Shown here one piece after another: positions 14,881 through 28,070 of a stretch of DNA of 64,000 bases. The notes below the pieces were generated by a model. It ran no database searches. It was not told the origin of the DNA and saw only the letters and a list, made by a program, of their open reading frames with translations. Made by a program: the position numbers and the translations under genes. Source of the DNA: the human T2T-CHM13v2.0 reference genome, Homo sapiens; the NCBI RefSeq assembly GCF_009914755.1, contig NC_060930.1, one strand, 5' to 3'. The stretch's first letter is position 1. Each line of letters opens with the position of its first letter.

Positions 14881-17001
14881 CCACACACACACTGGTTGGC
14901 AAATATATTTCCATGTAGATTATCTTTACCGGATTACCACTGTTTTAGCTATCAGTGAAGGTGTTAGATTGTGTTGTTATTCCTTTATCAGTTCAATATA
15001 TTTGGGAGTCAACTAAATGCTAGTACTTTCCCAGGTGCTGAGACTACAAGCGCATGACAGAGATGAGGCCCTTCTCACGTGGAGACCACAGACAGCATTT
15101 GCAGGGAGGGGGATTTGCTTTGTAATTAAGCGCCTTAGCTAAGAGACACAGGTGCAGGAGATGCACAATTTGGACACTTAGACAAACATTCTTGACCTGG
15201 TACCCGCTGAGCCTCAGTGAAAGAGTGAGGGTAAAGTGTGAGGACAATGGCAGCCTGAGCTCCCAGCACTAACACAATAGCTGGAGCTGGCCATGCCCTC
15301 CACCTGGGCAGCAGGGGACTATACCACCAGGCTCAGGTGGACTGCGGGGGGGTTGTAGGCAGAATGTGCAGCCTGGGAGTGTGGCACTCTATGGGAACGT
15401 CTGCCTTAACCTTCCTTTAGGAAGCCAAAGCCTCTGTGCTGGCACTCCTCCCCAGGTACTAACCCTGTCACCTCTCCCCCAGACTCCTTAGAAGATTGAG
15501 CACCAGGGATGAAACCAGGTCATCACCAATCAAATTCCTGGCTTCACTGTTCTATCTTGGGTTTCTTTAAAAAATAATTAGATACATGAATGCCTCAGTC
15601 TGTTCTATTAGGTGTACTTAAACTATGTGTCAAAGCTCATTGGAATATTTCACTGATGCCTTAAAATGTCTTTAGCAGAAATGCATTTGAGTTGCAAACA
15701 TGCACCTTAAATGTGACTTCCCAGGGACAATCAGCTAAGAAATTTTAGTTAATGTTACAATTTATAAATATTTGTGAATAAAAATGTGTTCTAAATTAAA
15801 AAACCAAGTCTTCATTGACTCGTCTAAGAATTAGGGATGATGAAAACTACTTCTTAAGGAATACTGAATGAGTTATTGTAGCTAGATGGGTCCGGTGGGC
15901 TCTAACACACAGCAGGTGTGCCCGAGGATGGTCACATCTGAATCGTGAAACAAATGGACTTCGGATTTTGTTTATATTATAAAAATCTACAAGAAAAACA
16001 GTATTTTTCTTAATCAGTTTTAAACTAAGTCAAATAATTTTGCTGCATTTACCAAGTGTGTAGAGATTTATATTTTAAAAATATAAGAAGTGTAGCTTCA
16101 ATGGTAAACATGTATTTTATATATTACTTCGTAGGTAATGTTCCTTTGCTTTTTTAAAAAAAATTGCTATCCTTAGCTCAGAAATAAAAAATGTTAAAAT
16201 AGTAAGAGACTTTAGTAATAACTACTAAAAACTGGCTCTTCCAACTTTCCAATATCTATGATGGAAACCCTTCACACCTGCCTGATGTGTCAGACAGACA
16301 CAAATTGGTTGTTTGAGGGGTCAGACCCTTTCTTAGACTGCCTCTCCCCTCCTCACCCCTTAAAGTGATACCCTTGAAAATCCCCTTTACTGTTTCAGAA
16401 GAACACTGTTTTAGAAGCAGCTATACCACCACATCATTTACACTCACAATGCCATAGATGTAAATGTGAGACCTCAGGGCCAGGCCAAATACTCCGGGCC
16501 TGAAATCCTACTCTTTCCATCAATATGCCCTTAATCAAGAGGAATCTGGTAGAGCTTCTGTGAGAATACAAGTTCTTAAGTGTAAAATCTAGATGTCCCA
16601 TTAAGCAAACGATACCAGTCAAGGAACTGGCTTTTTTGAGCTCTTCCTAAAAATAATGAGATTTGGAGGACAGCCATCAGTCATGGAAAGACATCAAACA
16701 CTGCATGAAGACCTCTTGAAACCTGGTTCCACAAGAACACTAGAAATTAAAATAATGCATTTAATAGCTCATAAAGTTTACAAGATTCTTATCTGCTCTG
16801 CAAGACAGAAAGAATCAAATGATTTTCTTGGCCAGGGAGAATTCAGGTTCAATTTTTAAGCCCCTATTCTGTAACCCTCAGTCAGCCCTGTAGGAAGGTA
16901 ATTATCAGGGCTAGAGGGATAGTTCCTGCTGTTTCCTATAAGTAAACTCAGGAGCTAAATTAAGGTACTTAGAGGTAAACTCTCAGGGTGTGCAGAGCTT
17001 G

Positions 17002-17142
17002 GCTGTTTGACTCCCGTGGATTCTGGAGCAAAGCACTAAACACTTCTATTTATTCAGAGAGCAGGTAGAGAATAGGGCAGCAGAAACACGGCTTTCTCAG
17101 ACACCTCCGCCAGCCCCTGCTAATCAACGGGAGTCACACAGC
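17002..17142. repeat. 141-bp element bounded by 21-bp inverted repeats (ancient MER135-like hairpin repeat)
   Basis: GCTGTTTGACTCCCGTGGATT ... AATCAACGGGAGTCACACAGC, 19/21 complementary. Confidence 0.6.
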
Positions 17143-17689
17143 TCACAATCTCTTGTTATGGTTTTAAAATGCAACTTTTAATGTTATTTCATTGTGGTGT
17201 CCTTGTACTGAAAAGCATTTATTATGTAGTTTCAAATTTACCTGAAGGTTAAAAAAAAAAAAAAAAAAGACCACAGCAGGAAAGCTGCCATTGTGAGAAA
17301 GAAGGACATAAAATTCAAGCAATGAATTAAAGAGGCAAATGAAGGAACTCTTTTCCTCTATTAGAAATAGAAGAAACAGATTGTGCTCGTCTTGCTTAGG
17401 GCCAACAGGCGCACTGCATGGAACTCAGCCAGCTTCAGTCACAAAGCTCACTTAGGAGTTCTGGTCTGTGAAAAGAGGAAACCAGATGGGCTATTTACTT
17501 TCAACAAGATAATTCTGGAGGAAATTGTTATATGTCAAAGAAACTTTTTAGCTTCATCTGCTATTTTAGCCTCTAAACTGATTCAGGAAGCAGAGGGGAG
17601 GGTTCTGTTAGGAAAGAAATAAGAGAATTGGGGAAATAAAAGCAAGCGCAGTGCAAAAGGCTGGGCGGCCATGTCGTCCAAGTGCATAA

Positions 17690-17870
17690 GCTTCCTGGAC
17701 TCATATCCTCACTCTAACCTTGGACAAGCGATCTGACCTCTTGGTGCTTCAGTTTCCTCCTGGGTAACATGGGGACCACAATAGTGTCACTAGAGGTTGT
17801 AAAGATTAAGTGGTATAAATATCAGTACTTAAAATACAACACACACATGAGCACTCAATAACCATCAGGC
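17690..17870 (+). mobile_element. MIR SINE
   Basis: accttggacaagcgatctgacctcttggtgcttcagtttcctcc...atgggg. Confidence 0.7.
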
Positions 17871-18695
17871 ATTGTTTTTATCTATTTCATTTTCTCTTCT
17901 ATTTGCAAAACATAAAGGGAATGTATCATAGATATAGATCAATGACTAAACAATTCTTAAGAAGACACTAACAGCTAAATGTTATATTGGTCTACTGATT
18001 ATATTGACCATATACCACTGATGGAATTTGTTTGAAAACAACTTCTCTTTTGTTTGGCTACCACAAAAAGTAAAATAATCCAGATAATTTTATTCTTGGA
18101 TCAAAAATTTCAAAGAGATTTTCTTACCTCAAAATTAAGAAAGATAGCTTTTAAGAAAAGTAGCTGTAGAGTGAATATAGAAAAGTTAATTAAATTCTAA
18201 GTTAAATTTCTAATACATATAAAGGATGCTTTCTAATGAGAAAAAAAGCAGAGTTTCCCCAGCAAATTGTAAATAACTTGGACCAAAATCAAGATAATTC
18301 TTATATGAATATACTGTGGAAAAGGTATCTAGCAACCTCATTTTTAGGATGTACAATATCTAAATATTAGTTATTAAGCAAAAACTGAAAGTATTCAAAT
18401 TAAGTTATGTGACCATTAGGCATCCAACTTAACCTACTTTTATTTTACACTTGTACTATTGCTAAATAATAACTGATGATTCCAAGAGAATAAACAATAC
18501 TCTCAGAACAGAGTAATACAAAATATGTTCAGTCTACTGTATTTACCATGGCAGGAAAAAGGACACACATTGTTAGAAGGATTATTCAGCATGAAGGACT
18601 AAAATAAAAAATAGTTGCCTGGTTATCTTTGTATTGATTTTAAAAATTTCACAAATATTCTATTTCATTGTCACATTAGAGAAACAGCATCACTA

Positions 18696-19127
18696 TTTTT
18701 TTTTTTTTTTCCGAGACACAGTCTGGCTGTCACCCAGGCTGCAGTGCAGTGGCACGAGCTCAGTTCACTGCAACCTCCAACTCCCGGGTTCAAGTGATTC
18801 TCACGCCTCAGCCTCCTGAGTAGCTGGGACTACAGGTGCAAGCCACCACGCCTGGCTAATTTTTATATTTTTAGTAGAGATGGGGTTTCACCATGTTGGC
18901 CAAGCTGGTCTCGATCAAACTCCTGGCCTCAAGTGATCCACCTTGCCTTGGCTTCCCAAAGTGCTGGGATTATAGGCATAAGCCACGATACCTGGCTAAT
19001 ATTTGTATTTTTAGTACAGACAGGGCTTCACCATGTTGGCCAAGTTGGTCTCACACTCCTGGCCTCAAGTGATCTGCCCACCTTGGCCTCCCAAAGTGCT
19101 GGGATTACAGGCATGAATCTGCCACCA
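18696..19127 (-). mobile_element. AluS with an extra left monomer (left-left-right trimer)
   Basis: Full antisense Alu to 18996, then a second linker (taatatttgtatttttagta) and left arm to ~19127. Confidence 0.85.
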
Positions 19128-19927
19128 CTGGATTTTCACTTTTTTGTGTAACACATTTTCTTTCTGTAAGGGGAAAATAAACAAATAATTCATTAATTTA
19201 ATTTTCAAAATTTATTTATGGCTCTGATAAACATAAAAGCCAACAGCATATTTTAAAGCTATTTTGAAAATATAAAAAGAATGGTTACTATGTTTGATTT
19301 TTCATATGGCTAGTGACTCAATCCAGCTGTGCCCCAAGAAAACTGAATGAATGTTGATGATAAAAATATCTGAAAACTGTATGAGAAACCACATAGACAT
19401 ATATGCTAGGAACTTACAGATTTTATGTCCCAATTAAGGCCTGTGAATAAACGGAGATGAGTATTCAAGATAATAGAAGTAGAAATCATATCTTTGTCTT
19501 AATTACCATTTATAAAGTTAATATAAAATAAAATTTCCCTAAGTATTGCAGAAAAGCAAACATAGCAAGACAATTTTACATTGTCAATAAACTGGAAATG
19601 GGCAGGAAAGCTGCTTCCTTTGAAACAACCTAACACGGCTTTCATGACACTGATTCTTAACAGTGATGAAACATTAAATGAAACATGAAATTGATTAGCC
19701 TCTTTCTCTTCTATACTCCAAATTTTCTCCCACTTTGAAAATATCTATTATTTCACTAACTCAAAGGCCAAAAATCTAATAGCGTTTGTTACTCATTTTC
19801 GACCACTGGCCTAACCCCATTCCAGGCACCTTCAGAAATAACACTGCCTTTCTGCCCTGACATAGAGTCAGAGACCTAAAGAGCCTTGTTGGGAGAGCAG
19901 TCTTCCCTGGGCCTACATATCTTACTG

Positions 19928-20455
19928 CAGGGGCCCCCAAGCCGCAGGCCATAGGGGTCCGTGGCCTGTTAGGAACTGGGCCACACAGCAGGAGGTGAGT
20001 GGTGGGCAAGCGGAGCCAGTAAACCTTCCTCTGTATTTACAGGTGCTCCCTATCACTTGCCTTACCACCTGAGCTCCACCTCCTGTCTGATCAGCAGAGG
20101 TATTAGATTCTCACCGGAGCGTGAACCCTATTGTGAACTCTGCATGTGAGGGATCTAGGCTGCAGGCTCCTTATGAGAATCTAATGCCTGATGATCTGTC
20201 ACTGTCTCCCATCACCTCCAGATGGGACTGTCCAGTTACAGCAAAATAAACTCAGGGGCCCCACTGATTCTACACTATGGCGAATTGTTATTTCATTGTA
20301 ATATATAATTATTTCATTATATATTACAATGTAATAAAGGGCACAATAAAGGTAACGCACTTGAATTACACTTGAAACCACCCTCCTCGCCCTGATCCAT
20401 GGAAAAATTGTCTTATGAAACCGATCCCTGGTGCCAAAAAGGTTGGAGACTACTG
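19928..20455 (+). mobile_element. MER1A hAT-Charlie non-autonomous DNA transposon
   Basis: 528 bp with caggggg...ggttggagactactg termini; perfect 8-bp TSD TCTTACTG at 19920-19927 and 20456-20463. Confidence 0.9.
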
Positions 20456-21486
20456 TCTTACTGGGTATGCCAAGACATCAAGGGTCTGAACACTTTTTTT
20501 TTTTTTAATAACCTGGGCTACTTCTCAGGTTGCTTTCGCAGGTGAGAGATGAGGCAACCTCTCCCCTTGGACAAACAGCAGACTGACTTACTGCTTGTTA
20601 TAAAAGCAGTGAATTCCCCAAACTCAGAGTTCCTTAGTTGCAATGCAAACTCACTCATTCATAGCATCCATCCGGACCATAGGAATTGAAAGCAAGGGCA
20701 ATTGATGCCAATATGCTGGTGCTCATGCTGCTTATTGTGCCAAGGGTAATAAAACGTTTTCTTTCTGACCCGGAAGTCTCATGTCTTCTGCCAGTAACCA
20801 TGAAACAGTAACTGGCTAAAATGTATGAGAAACGATACACATACCATTAGCTTCCAAATAGGGTAAGATGATATCTCAGACCTGACAGTTTTGGTGAAGG
20901 AACATAGCTATCTGGAGAAGGAAGGAAAAGTGTCCAGAGATTGGGTCCAGGAATATAAAAAAATCTCCCTGGAATCTGAGAGCGAATGCTCTTGCCTAGG
21001 AGGTGGACAGTGGGGTGTGGTGGGTGGGAATAAGGGTCCCTACTGTCCTGTGTGCTAATGAGGCTAAGAGAGGCAAGATTGAAATGAGTATGTAAACGGA
21101 ACCGTGGATATTGCTCACTCATTCTCCTCCACGGGTTGGGGTGTTATCATGACAAGGGGGCAGCAAGAAAGACAATGTGGGTGTGGCTGCTGAGCCAGGG
21201 GTCCTCAAAGCTGACACAGTGTCTCAATAATAATGACCTTTTTACCTGATATAGGTCTTTGTGCGGACCATCAACTTTAGAAGTCTGGTTAAGCCTCACA
21301 TAGGCTGCTGCTTGAAAGCCACAGTAAATGTGCCTTGTTGATTAACACGGAGCTGCTGTCCCTCTCATACTACCTGATCCCTCCCTTCCCTCTATTCTGA
21401 ACTCAGCTGCTTTAAGGAGAAGGATGACTGGGCTGGGTTTAAGATCTCCCTATCCCCAGGGGACAGAAAGCCCCTGGCACCCCCTA

Positions 21487-21487
<1 letters not shown>

Positions 21488-21538
<51 letters not shown>
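21488..21538. repeat. (CA)n microsatellite inside the ERV internal region
   Basis: About 23 CA units. Confidence 0.95.
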
Positions 21539-21539
<1 letters not shown>

Positions 21540-21981
21540 CTGTTTGGTATGATGAGGAAGAAAGGAACTCAACTGTTATGAGTCCAAGTTCCCATTCTTC
21601 CTGGCCCATGGAAGAAAGGCACACTGAACTCTACTAATGGGGTTTAGTGCTTCCCAGTGGGAAAGGGGAGGTGAACTAGCCTTGTAAAGGTGCCCTCTGG
21701 GCTTATTCAATGTGGTGTTGTGGTAGCAGCTCCCATATTCAATTCTATAATAAGAACTGATGTATTACACATTTGCACGGCCTAATCCCTGAAGTGTCAG
21801 AAGGGCTTTTCATGTTCCAGAACTGCTGCAGAGGCCCCTGCCCACTATAATAGCATCACCTGTTTGATGGAGCTACAAAGTACTTTAAAAAAAAACAAAA
21901 AAGCAGCTGTTATCCTGCAACTAAGCTCTTGTGGAGAAAAATGAACAGCTGAAATCCCATTTTCAGGTGAATCTCCCTAAA

Positions 21982-22540
21982 GAGGTGGGAAGGGCCTAAG
22001 AGGCCTTCCTGGTCAAATGGAAATGGTATATTCAAGGGCACAGTGCATCCAGCCCTAGCATCACCCAGTATTAAATGAAAATAATGGCAGCTACTTCTTT
22101 GGAGGAACCATATCCCCCACTCCACTACCGGAAACAGAGCTGCTGGTTCAAGAAGGCTCTCAGAGGTTCCCATCACGGATGGCCTGGTTCACTGACAGTT
22201 TGATGAAGCTAAAAGCCGATGGTGGTCTCTGACCAGCAGCAGCCAAAAGGACCAGTCAGCACATTTCTCTGTATGAGAGCTCTGACCCTTGTCAGACAAT
22301 GCTCCTAAAGACCAGGCATTTCATATTTTACAGACTCTTGGACTGCTGTAAATGACTTGTCTGCTTTGCCATTTGGAAGACTACAGACTGGCAGATTAAA
22401 GAGCCCCTCTGTAGGACTACACATTTTGAAAACAAATCTTGGCTGCTGATTGGTCTGAGTGTTACTGATACAGATGCCTGCAGTAAGTGCTTATTCTCTG
22501 ATGAGACCAACTGGAATCAAGCTGTTGGTCAAAACTGCTA
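21982..22540 (+). pseudogene. Degenerate ERV-L pol (RT connection and RNase H) remnant
   Basis: EVGRA*EAFLVKWKWYIQG (KWKWYI at 22015), AWFTDS (22182), FTDSWTAVNDL (22327), DWQIKE and NWNQAV parallel ERV-L pol motifs; contains stops and frameshifts. Confidence 0.75.
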
Positions 22541-24345
22541 TTTAAAAAAAAAAAAAAAAACCAGGAAAAGTCATGTGGACATGGCTGGCCCTGAACTATT
22601 CCGCTGTGCCGATGCCACCAATAGCATCTCCCAAACGTGGCCCTTCCCCTCAGACCTGTGCAAACACAGATTGCTTCAACACTGTTCCAACCTGACATAC
22701 AAATTCATAGGCTTCTCCTGCCTCCCAAGCAGCCGTAGCTAATGCCATGTTTAGCAATCTAGATTGCAGCAACTCAGTGACACTATGTGGCTTAATCAAA
22801 CCAGTGTAATGCTGATTCCAATCAAGTGTAGCAACAAATTCCAAACTAGAGTGGCCTGTGCTCTCTATATGGGGGAAAGTAGGCCACAGAATGTCTCTCC
22901 ATTAGGCATGAGGGTTGCTTTCTGAAACAGCTATTATCATTGACAATGAGACCCAAGAGGGGCAAGTCATTGCAAACTTTCTTGCGCAGATCATATTAGG
23001 TAGCAGACTTGTCTTGCACCGTCTGAATTAAGACCTACTGGTCTCCCTCTGGGATTTATTCATAGTAGGCTGAATCAGAGATTCTGGTCGGGGAAGGCAG
23101 AGAGACTGGATGAAGTCAATACTGCAGGTTGGCTTCATCCTGCTGCTTAGGATTTTATTGATTGTTGCCCTAATTAAATGCTGGTATGAGACAAGTTGAC
23201 TAGTTTGGTTCCAACCTCTGTTGGTCCGATTAATCAGAGTGACTACAGGTGGCCTATTCATGTAAAAATTTACCAAAAGCCAAGATGGGGATGGATAGAG
23301 ACAGTTTTCCTTGGTCTTCTTATACTCCCTGCATGTCTTGTTGGGATACCAAGACTGCATTGTCCTGACTGCTCTTTTACCTGGGCCATTTCTCAAGACT
23401 GCATTGTCCTGACTGCTCTTTTACCTGGGCCACTTCTCAGGACTGTTTATACATCTGATAACCTTAAATAATGAAGTAATGTCTAACCCCAGACAAAGAG
23501 CATAGGTACTGCTTGCTATAAAAATGGAAGATTCCCTAAGCTCAGCAGTCATCATCTGCAATGCAAACCTACTGCATGCACAGCATCCATCTGGGCTGTA
23601 TCACATCACCCCGTGAGATTCAGGGGCAAAGGAACTAGAGTAAATATCATGACGCTTATACAACTTGCCATACTATGAGTAATAAAGCCCCTTAATCTCT
23701 GACCCATGTCTCATATCTTTTGCCAGTCTCCATGATATAAACAGGCTAACTCATTAGTTTGTAAGTAGGGTAAAAAGCAAAGCCCAGATCCAACATGTTT
23801 ATCTCTGGCTTGCACCACATAGGGCATATGATAGAAACCTAGTTAAGACAATCATCCCCATACTTAATGTCCAAACATGAAGTTACATAGCTGTCCTAAA
23901 GTTGAACCTGTCTTCTGAGATTATTTCATGGAAGCAAGAGAAAACTATTAACATATGAATGTAAAAACCAGGGTCACTTCCCCATTTTCCAGGCCTAACA
24001 AACTTATGAAACCTCCACATAAAACTAGGGTTACTCACTTCAGTTCCGGTTCCTCCAGAGTAAAACCCCTCTGAAGGGGCACTATTACCACCACTTCACC
24101 ACACTAGAGTGTGGAGGAGAAATACTAAGTATATGAGATGCTGTAATATTATAGTTTGAACGGAAGGGTGATTTGAGATGTGAAAGAAAGTGAATAAGAA
24201 GTGCTACTAGACATGGGCAATATACTTTTTAAATTCCAAACTTGATTTCAAAAAGTAGAATCAATCAGTCAAATAAACAAAAAACCTACCTTCAAGGAGG
24301 TGGAAGAATGGCAAGAAACTGGTATTTATAAAATTAGGTCCCTTT

Positions 24346-24708
<363 letters not shown>

Positions 24709-27700
24709 TTAAGAAATATCATAGTGTTATATCCCATTATCAAAAATCCTACAATTAGGGTTCAAAATTCACCTTCAGAAATTTAATAAAAAGACTCAAA
24801 TGTCACCAAGTGCTTTATGTATGATTATTGGCAAAATATTTGTCTGTTAGCTATACTTATACTGTTTTGTAAAAGCAAAAAAAAAGAACTTAAAAGACAG
24901 GATGAAATAACCATTCAGAAGCAGAATTATAGAAGCTAATTATTAAAATAACTCAGCATTATATCCAGACCTCTAGCTGAGCAGATATCAAAGGCAAATC
25001 AGTAAATATTCTAAAATGACTGCTTTGTAATGTATATGATTAAAACAAACTGTGCTAAAAATTAAGAAAATTCACATTGCTTCAGAAATTTCACATTCAC
25101 TTGTCTCCGTAATTCAATAAAAATAAAATAAATGGTTTTTCAGAACAGCCACCATCAGGAATGTGACGTTTGATCATTTCTCCGCCCTGCTGTGAGCAAT
25201 GAGGTAAAGGTAGATTTTTTATTCACACCACTCTGCATCCTCATGGGTAAGTGAGGCTGTCGGCATGTCCCGTGACTTAATTATGTGGTGGCCCTGCTGG
25301 AGGTGTGCTTGCTTACCGTAAACAGACGCAAATATCTCAAAACTACCCCTGATTTACAAGAAAAACGTTCAAGTTTAAGCCAATCTTTAACACAAAAGAA
25401 CATCTTTAGAACAATTGTGAAAAAAATCAGACTTCCTTCTTTGCTTTGCGTCACGGGGCCTTTGTCTAACCAGGGGCTGAGGAGATGCAGGGACACTGGT
25501 GACAGGGAGGGAGGGGCCCTGAGAGCAGGCACTGAAACAAACCTGCTCTTCCCATTTTTTAAAAAACCCTTCGGAATAATTTAAATGAGCTCCCACCCAA
25601 ATTAAATTGCCTTGAGGTTTTCCCTCCAAGGCTTTTGGCATTATAAATACCCCCTGACTTTGGCCTGCCATGTTTCCTCCATCAATCACGGAGTAGCCTA
25701 GAATTAAATTGAAATGATTGGATCAAGAAAAATCAAATGTTTTAATATTTAGTTTCAGTAATGTGATTACGAACCTTTTAGTGATATTGTAATTACTCTG
25801 AAGCTTTGAGCATATGTTTCTACTGAGAGCATTTCATGGAGAAAAGCTGCATTAGGGAAACAAGTAAATACAGACCCCAATGAAGCAAAAGTGCATTTGT
25901 TGTAAAGTTAAAAGCTAAAGGTGGAAAAGAGACAAAGCATCTACGTAATTTACACCCTAAACCTGCTGCATAGAGTAACCACTTTTAAAAATCTCTACTT
26001 CTTCCAAAATTCAAATAATTTAAGCACTTCCCTCTAAGGGCAAGCATTAAGGAAGCAGTAAGAAGAAACAACAGTAAAGGACAAGGGAAAAAAAGAAGAA
26101 AGGAAAAAGTCATCGTCCTTGTGCTAGGTATTTGCATGGAAAAGATGACAGACAAAGCTCTCTCTCTTAAAATTAATGAACCATCTCCTCAGATACTTAA
26201 TTTTCACCAAAGTCAAGGCATATAGTTACTTCCCCTATTTGTTAATTTTTTTCTCCCATCTCAACACCTGATGGGATTCTGCTAGGCTAGGAGCCCCAAA
26301 GATAAATGAAGTGGGGCCCCACCCCAAAGGTTAATATCAAAAGAGACTGGATTCCTCAAGGGACATGGAAGAAGACAAACCGGAGGCAAGGACAAAGGTC
26401 TTCTCTCCTTTGAATCACACTTTCATTTAGGCAACAATTATTTATTAAGTATGAGCACGCTTATTCCCTCAAGAATAAGGCAGGTAAGTAAAGATACACT
26501 ATAAAGATGGAATGAAATTCGGTTTTTAAAGTTTAGAGGAAAATAACTCTGTCAAGACAGTCTGAAGTACACAAACCTTTTGAAGGGTTTGTTTCTTCTG
26601 ATTATATTAAAGTACAGCTAATTGCCCTAATAGTTTAAAGATCCTAAGTGGGAAGCTGTGTAATAGCTCCAAGTGCTTAATTTGGCTACTGGCAATTTTA
26701 TTTTATATTTCAAATTTGAATTCACATCTCACTTTCAGCGACAAGACACAGCCACTTCCTACTGCCTTAGAGTTCCTAGCATTAAGATTGAGCGGTTCCT
26801 CATTACTCAGAGCAAAACCTGAATTCTCCAGTATGGCATGGAAAACTGCACTGAGCTGGTCCTGACACCCTAATCTATCATCACCTCCCACTCCATGCTC
26901 CCTGTACTCCATCCCGTCAACTACTCATCCATCCCAACACAGCCTCTGCTAACAAGCCTGCCATCTTGCTGGGGCCAGCCTCTCTGTTTCAAACGCGCTT
27001 TCTTTCTTGGCCTGCTCAGGAGTCCAGTCTGTTGTTAAGATCCAGCTCAAATAAATTCCACCTCTGCTGAAGGTTCCCCTGCTTTATCACACAATGAAGC
27101 GTACCTCCATGATAACATCTATTATTGTCAATGGTTACTTTCCATGTGTACACAGCATCTTCACTAACTGTGACTTCCTCATTTAGATACGCACGCCTAG
27201 TGCCTATCATAAATCCTATAATTTAAGATGTCAATAAATATTTGCCGAATTTAACATTTTCTTTTTTCAGCAAAAAATAAATGTTTTCTTCTTTAAAAAC
27301 CAAATTCTGCATTCATCTATTTAAAAAATTTATTCCATATTAGAGTTTCTCCTAACTGTACTAACAATGTATAAGGGAATATTTTCCAAATGTTTCTGTT
27401 AAAACTGCCTCAAGAAACCAAATTCTATGCTGACATCTGTGAGAAATTACAAGATTTCGCTCTTTCGTCCTTCTCAACTTAATAATTTAAAATTCTAACT
27501 GTATAATTTTCAACCAACCCATATTAGTTATTATTTACAAAGGACAGGACAATGTTAAACTATTCCAGGGAGCATGAAGTGTCTAACGCTCATAGGGAAC
27601 TGTCAAATCAGAAAGCAATATACACATAATGGTTATTTGCTTCCACTTTGCCTGATCATCTGTTATGTGAAGTGGTATCTCCTGTCCAAAGCATAACAAA

Positions 27701-27879
27701 ACTTCCCCTTCTCTACAGGATACAAATTAGCAACCTGGTACATATCAAATTACCCAGCTGCAATGCACTATGGGAGTCCAGGAGAATATTCACACCTTCT
27801 TTTGCCACCTGAGAAAACTACCTTGAAAAGTGAGTTATGTCCTTGGCTAGCTTCAACTAGTCCATACACCCTACCCGCC

Positions 27880-27931
27880 TGCGCGCGCGCGCACGCACAC
27901 ACACACGCGCACACACACACACACACACACA
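27880..27931. repeat. (GC)6-(CA)n alternating purine-pyrimidine tract
   Basis: tgcgcgcgcgcgcacgcacacacacacgcgcacac...; 52 bp of unbroken alternation. Confidence 0.95.
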
Positions 27932-28070
27932 GACTCCTCATGTGTAACACTACTGCATTACCTTTAAGTGACCTCACAATAGGCAAAAATCAAGTTGTAG
28001 CTCTCTGTCATTCTTCCTTCATAAGGAAGTACCTAACCATACGTTCAAATGGTGAAGCATTACTGGTAAC

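Larger units (their letters stand above)
19887..23795 (+). mobile_element. Internally deleted ERV-L provirus with two LTR40-type LTRs (HERVL40-like): 5' LTR 19887-20887 (split by MER1A), 3' LTR ~23296-23795
   Basis: Both LTRs share collinear motifs (cctgggc..cttctcagg, tactgcttg.tataaaa, tgcaatgcaaac, agcatccatc, gtaataaa, ctgaccc, tgccagt, tagggtaa) and end in CA; internal pol remnants KWKWYIQ, AWFTDS, FTDSWTAVN. Confidence 0.8.
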
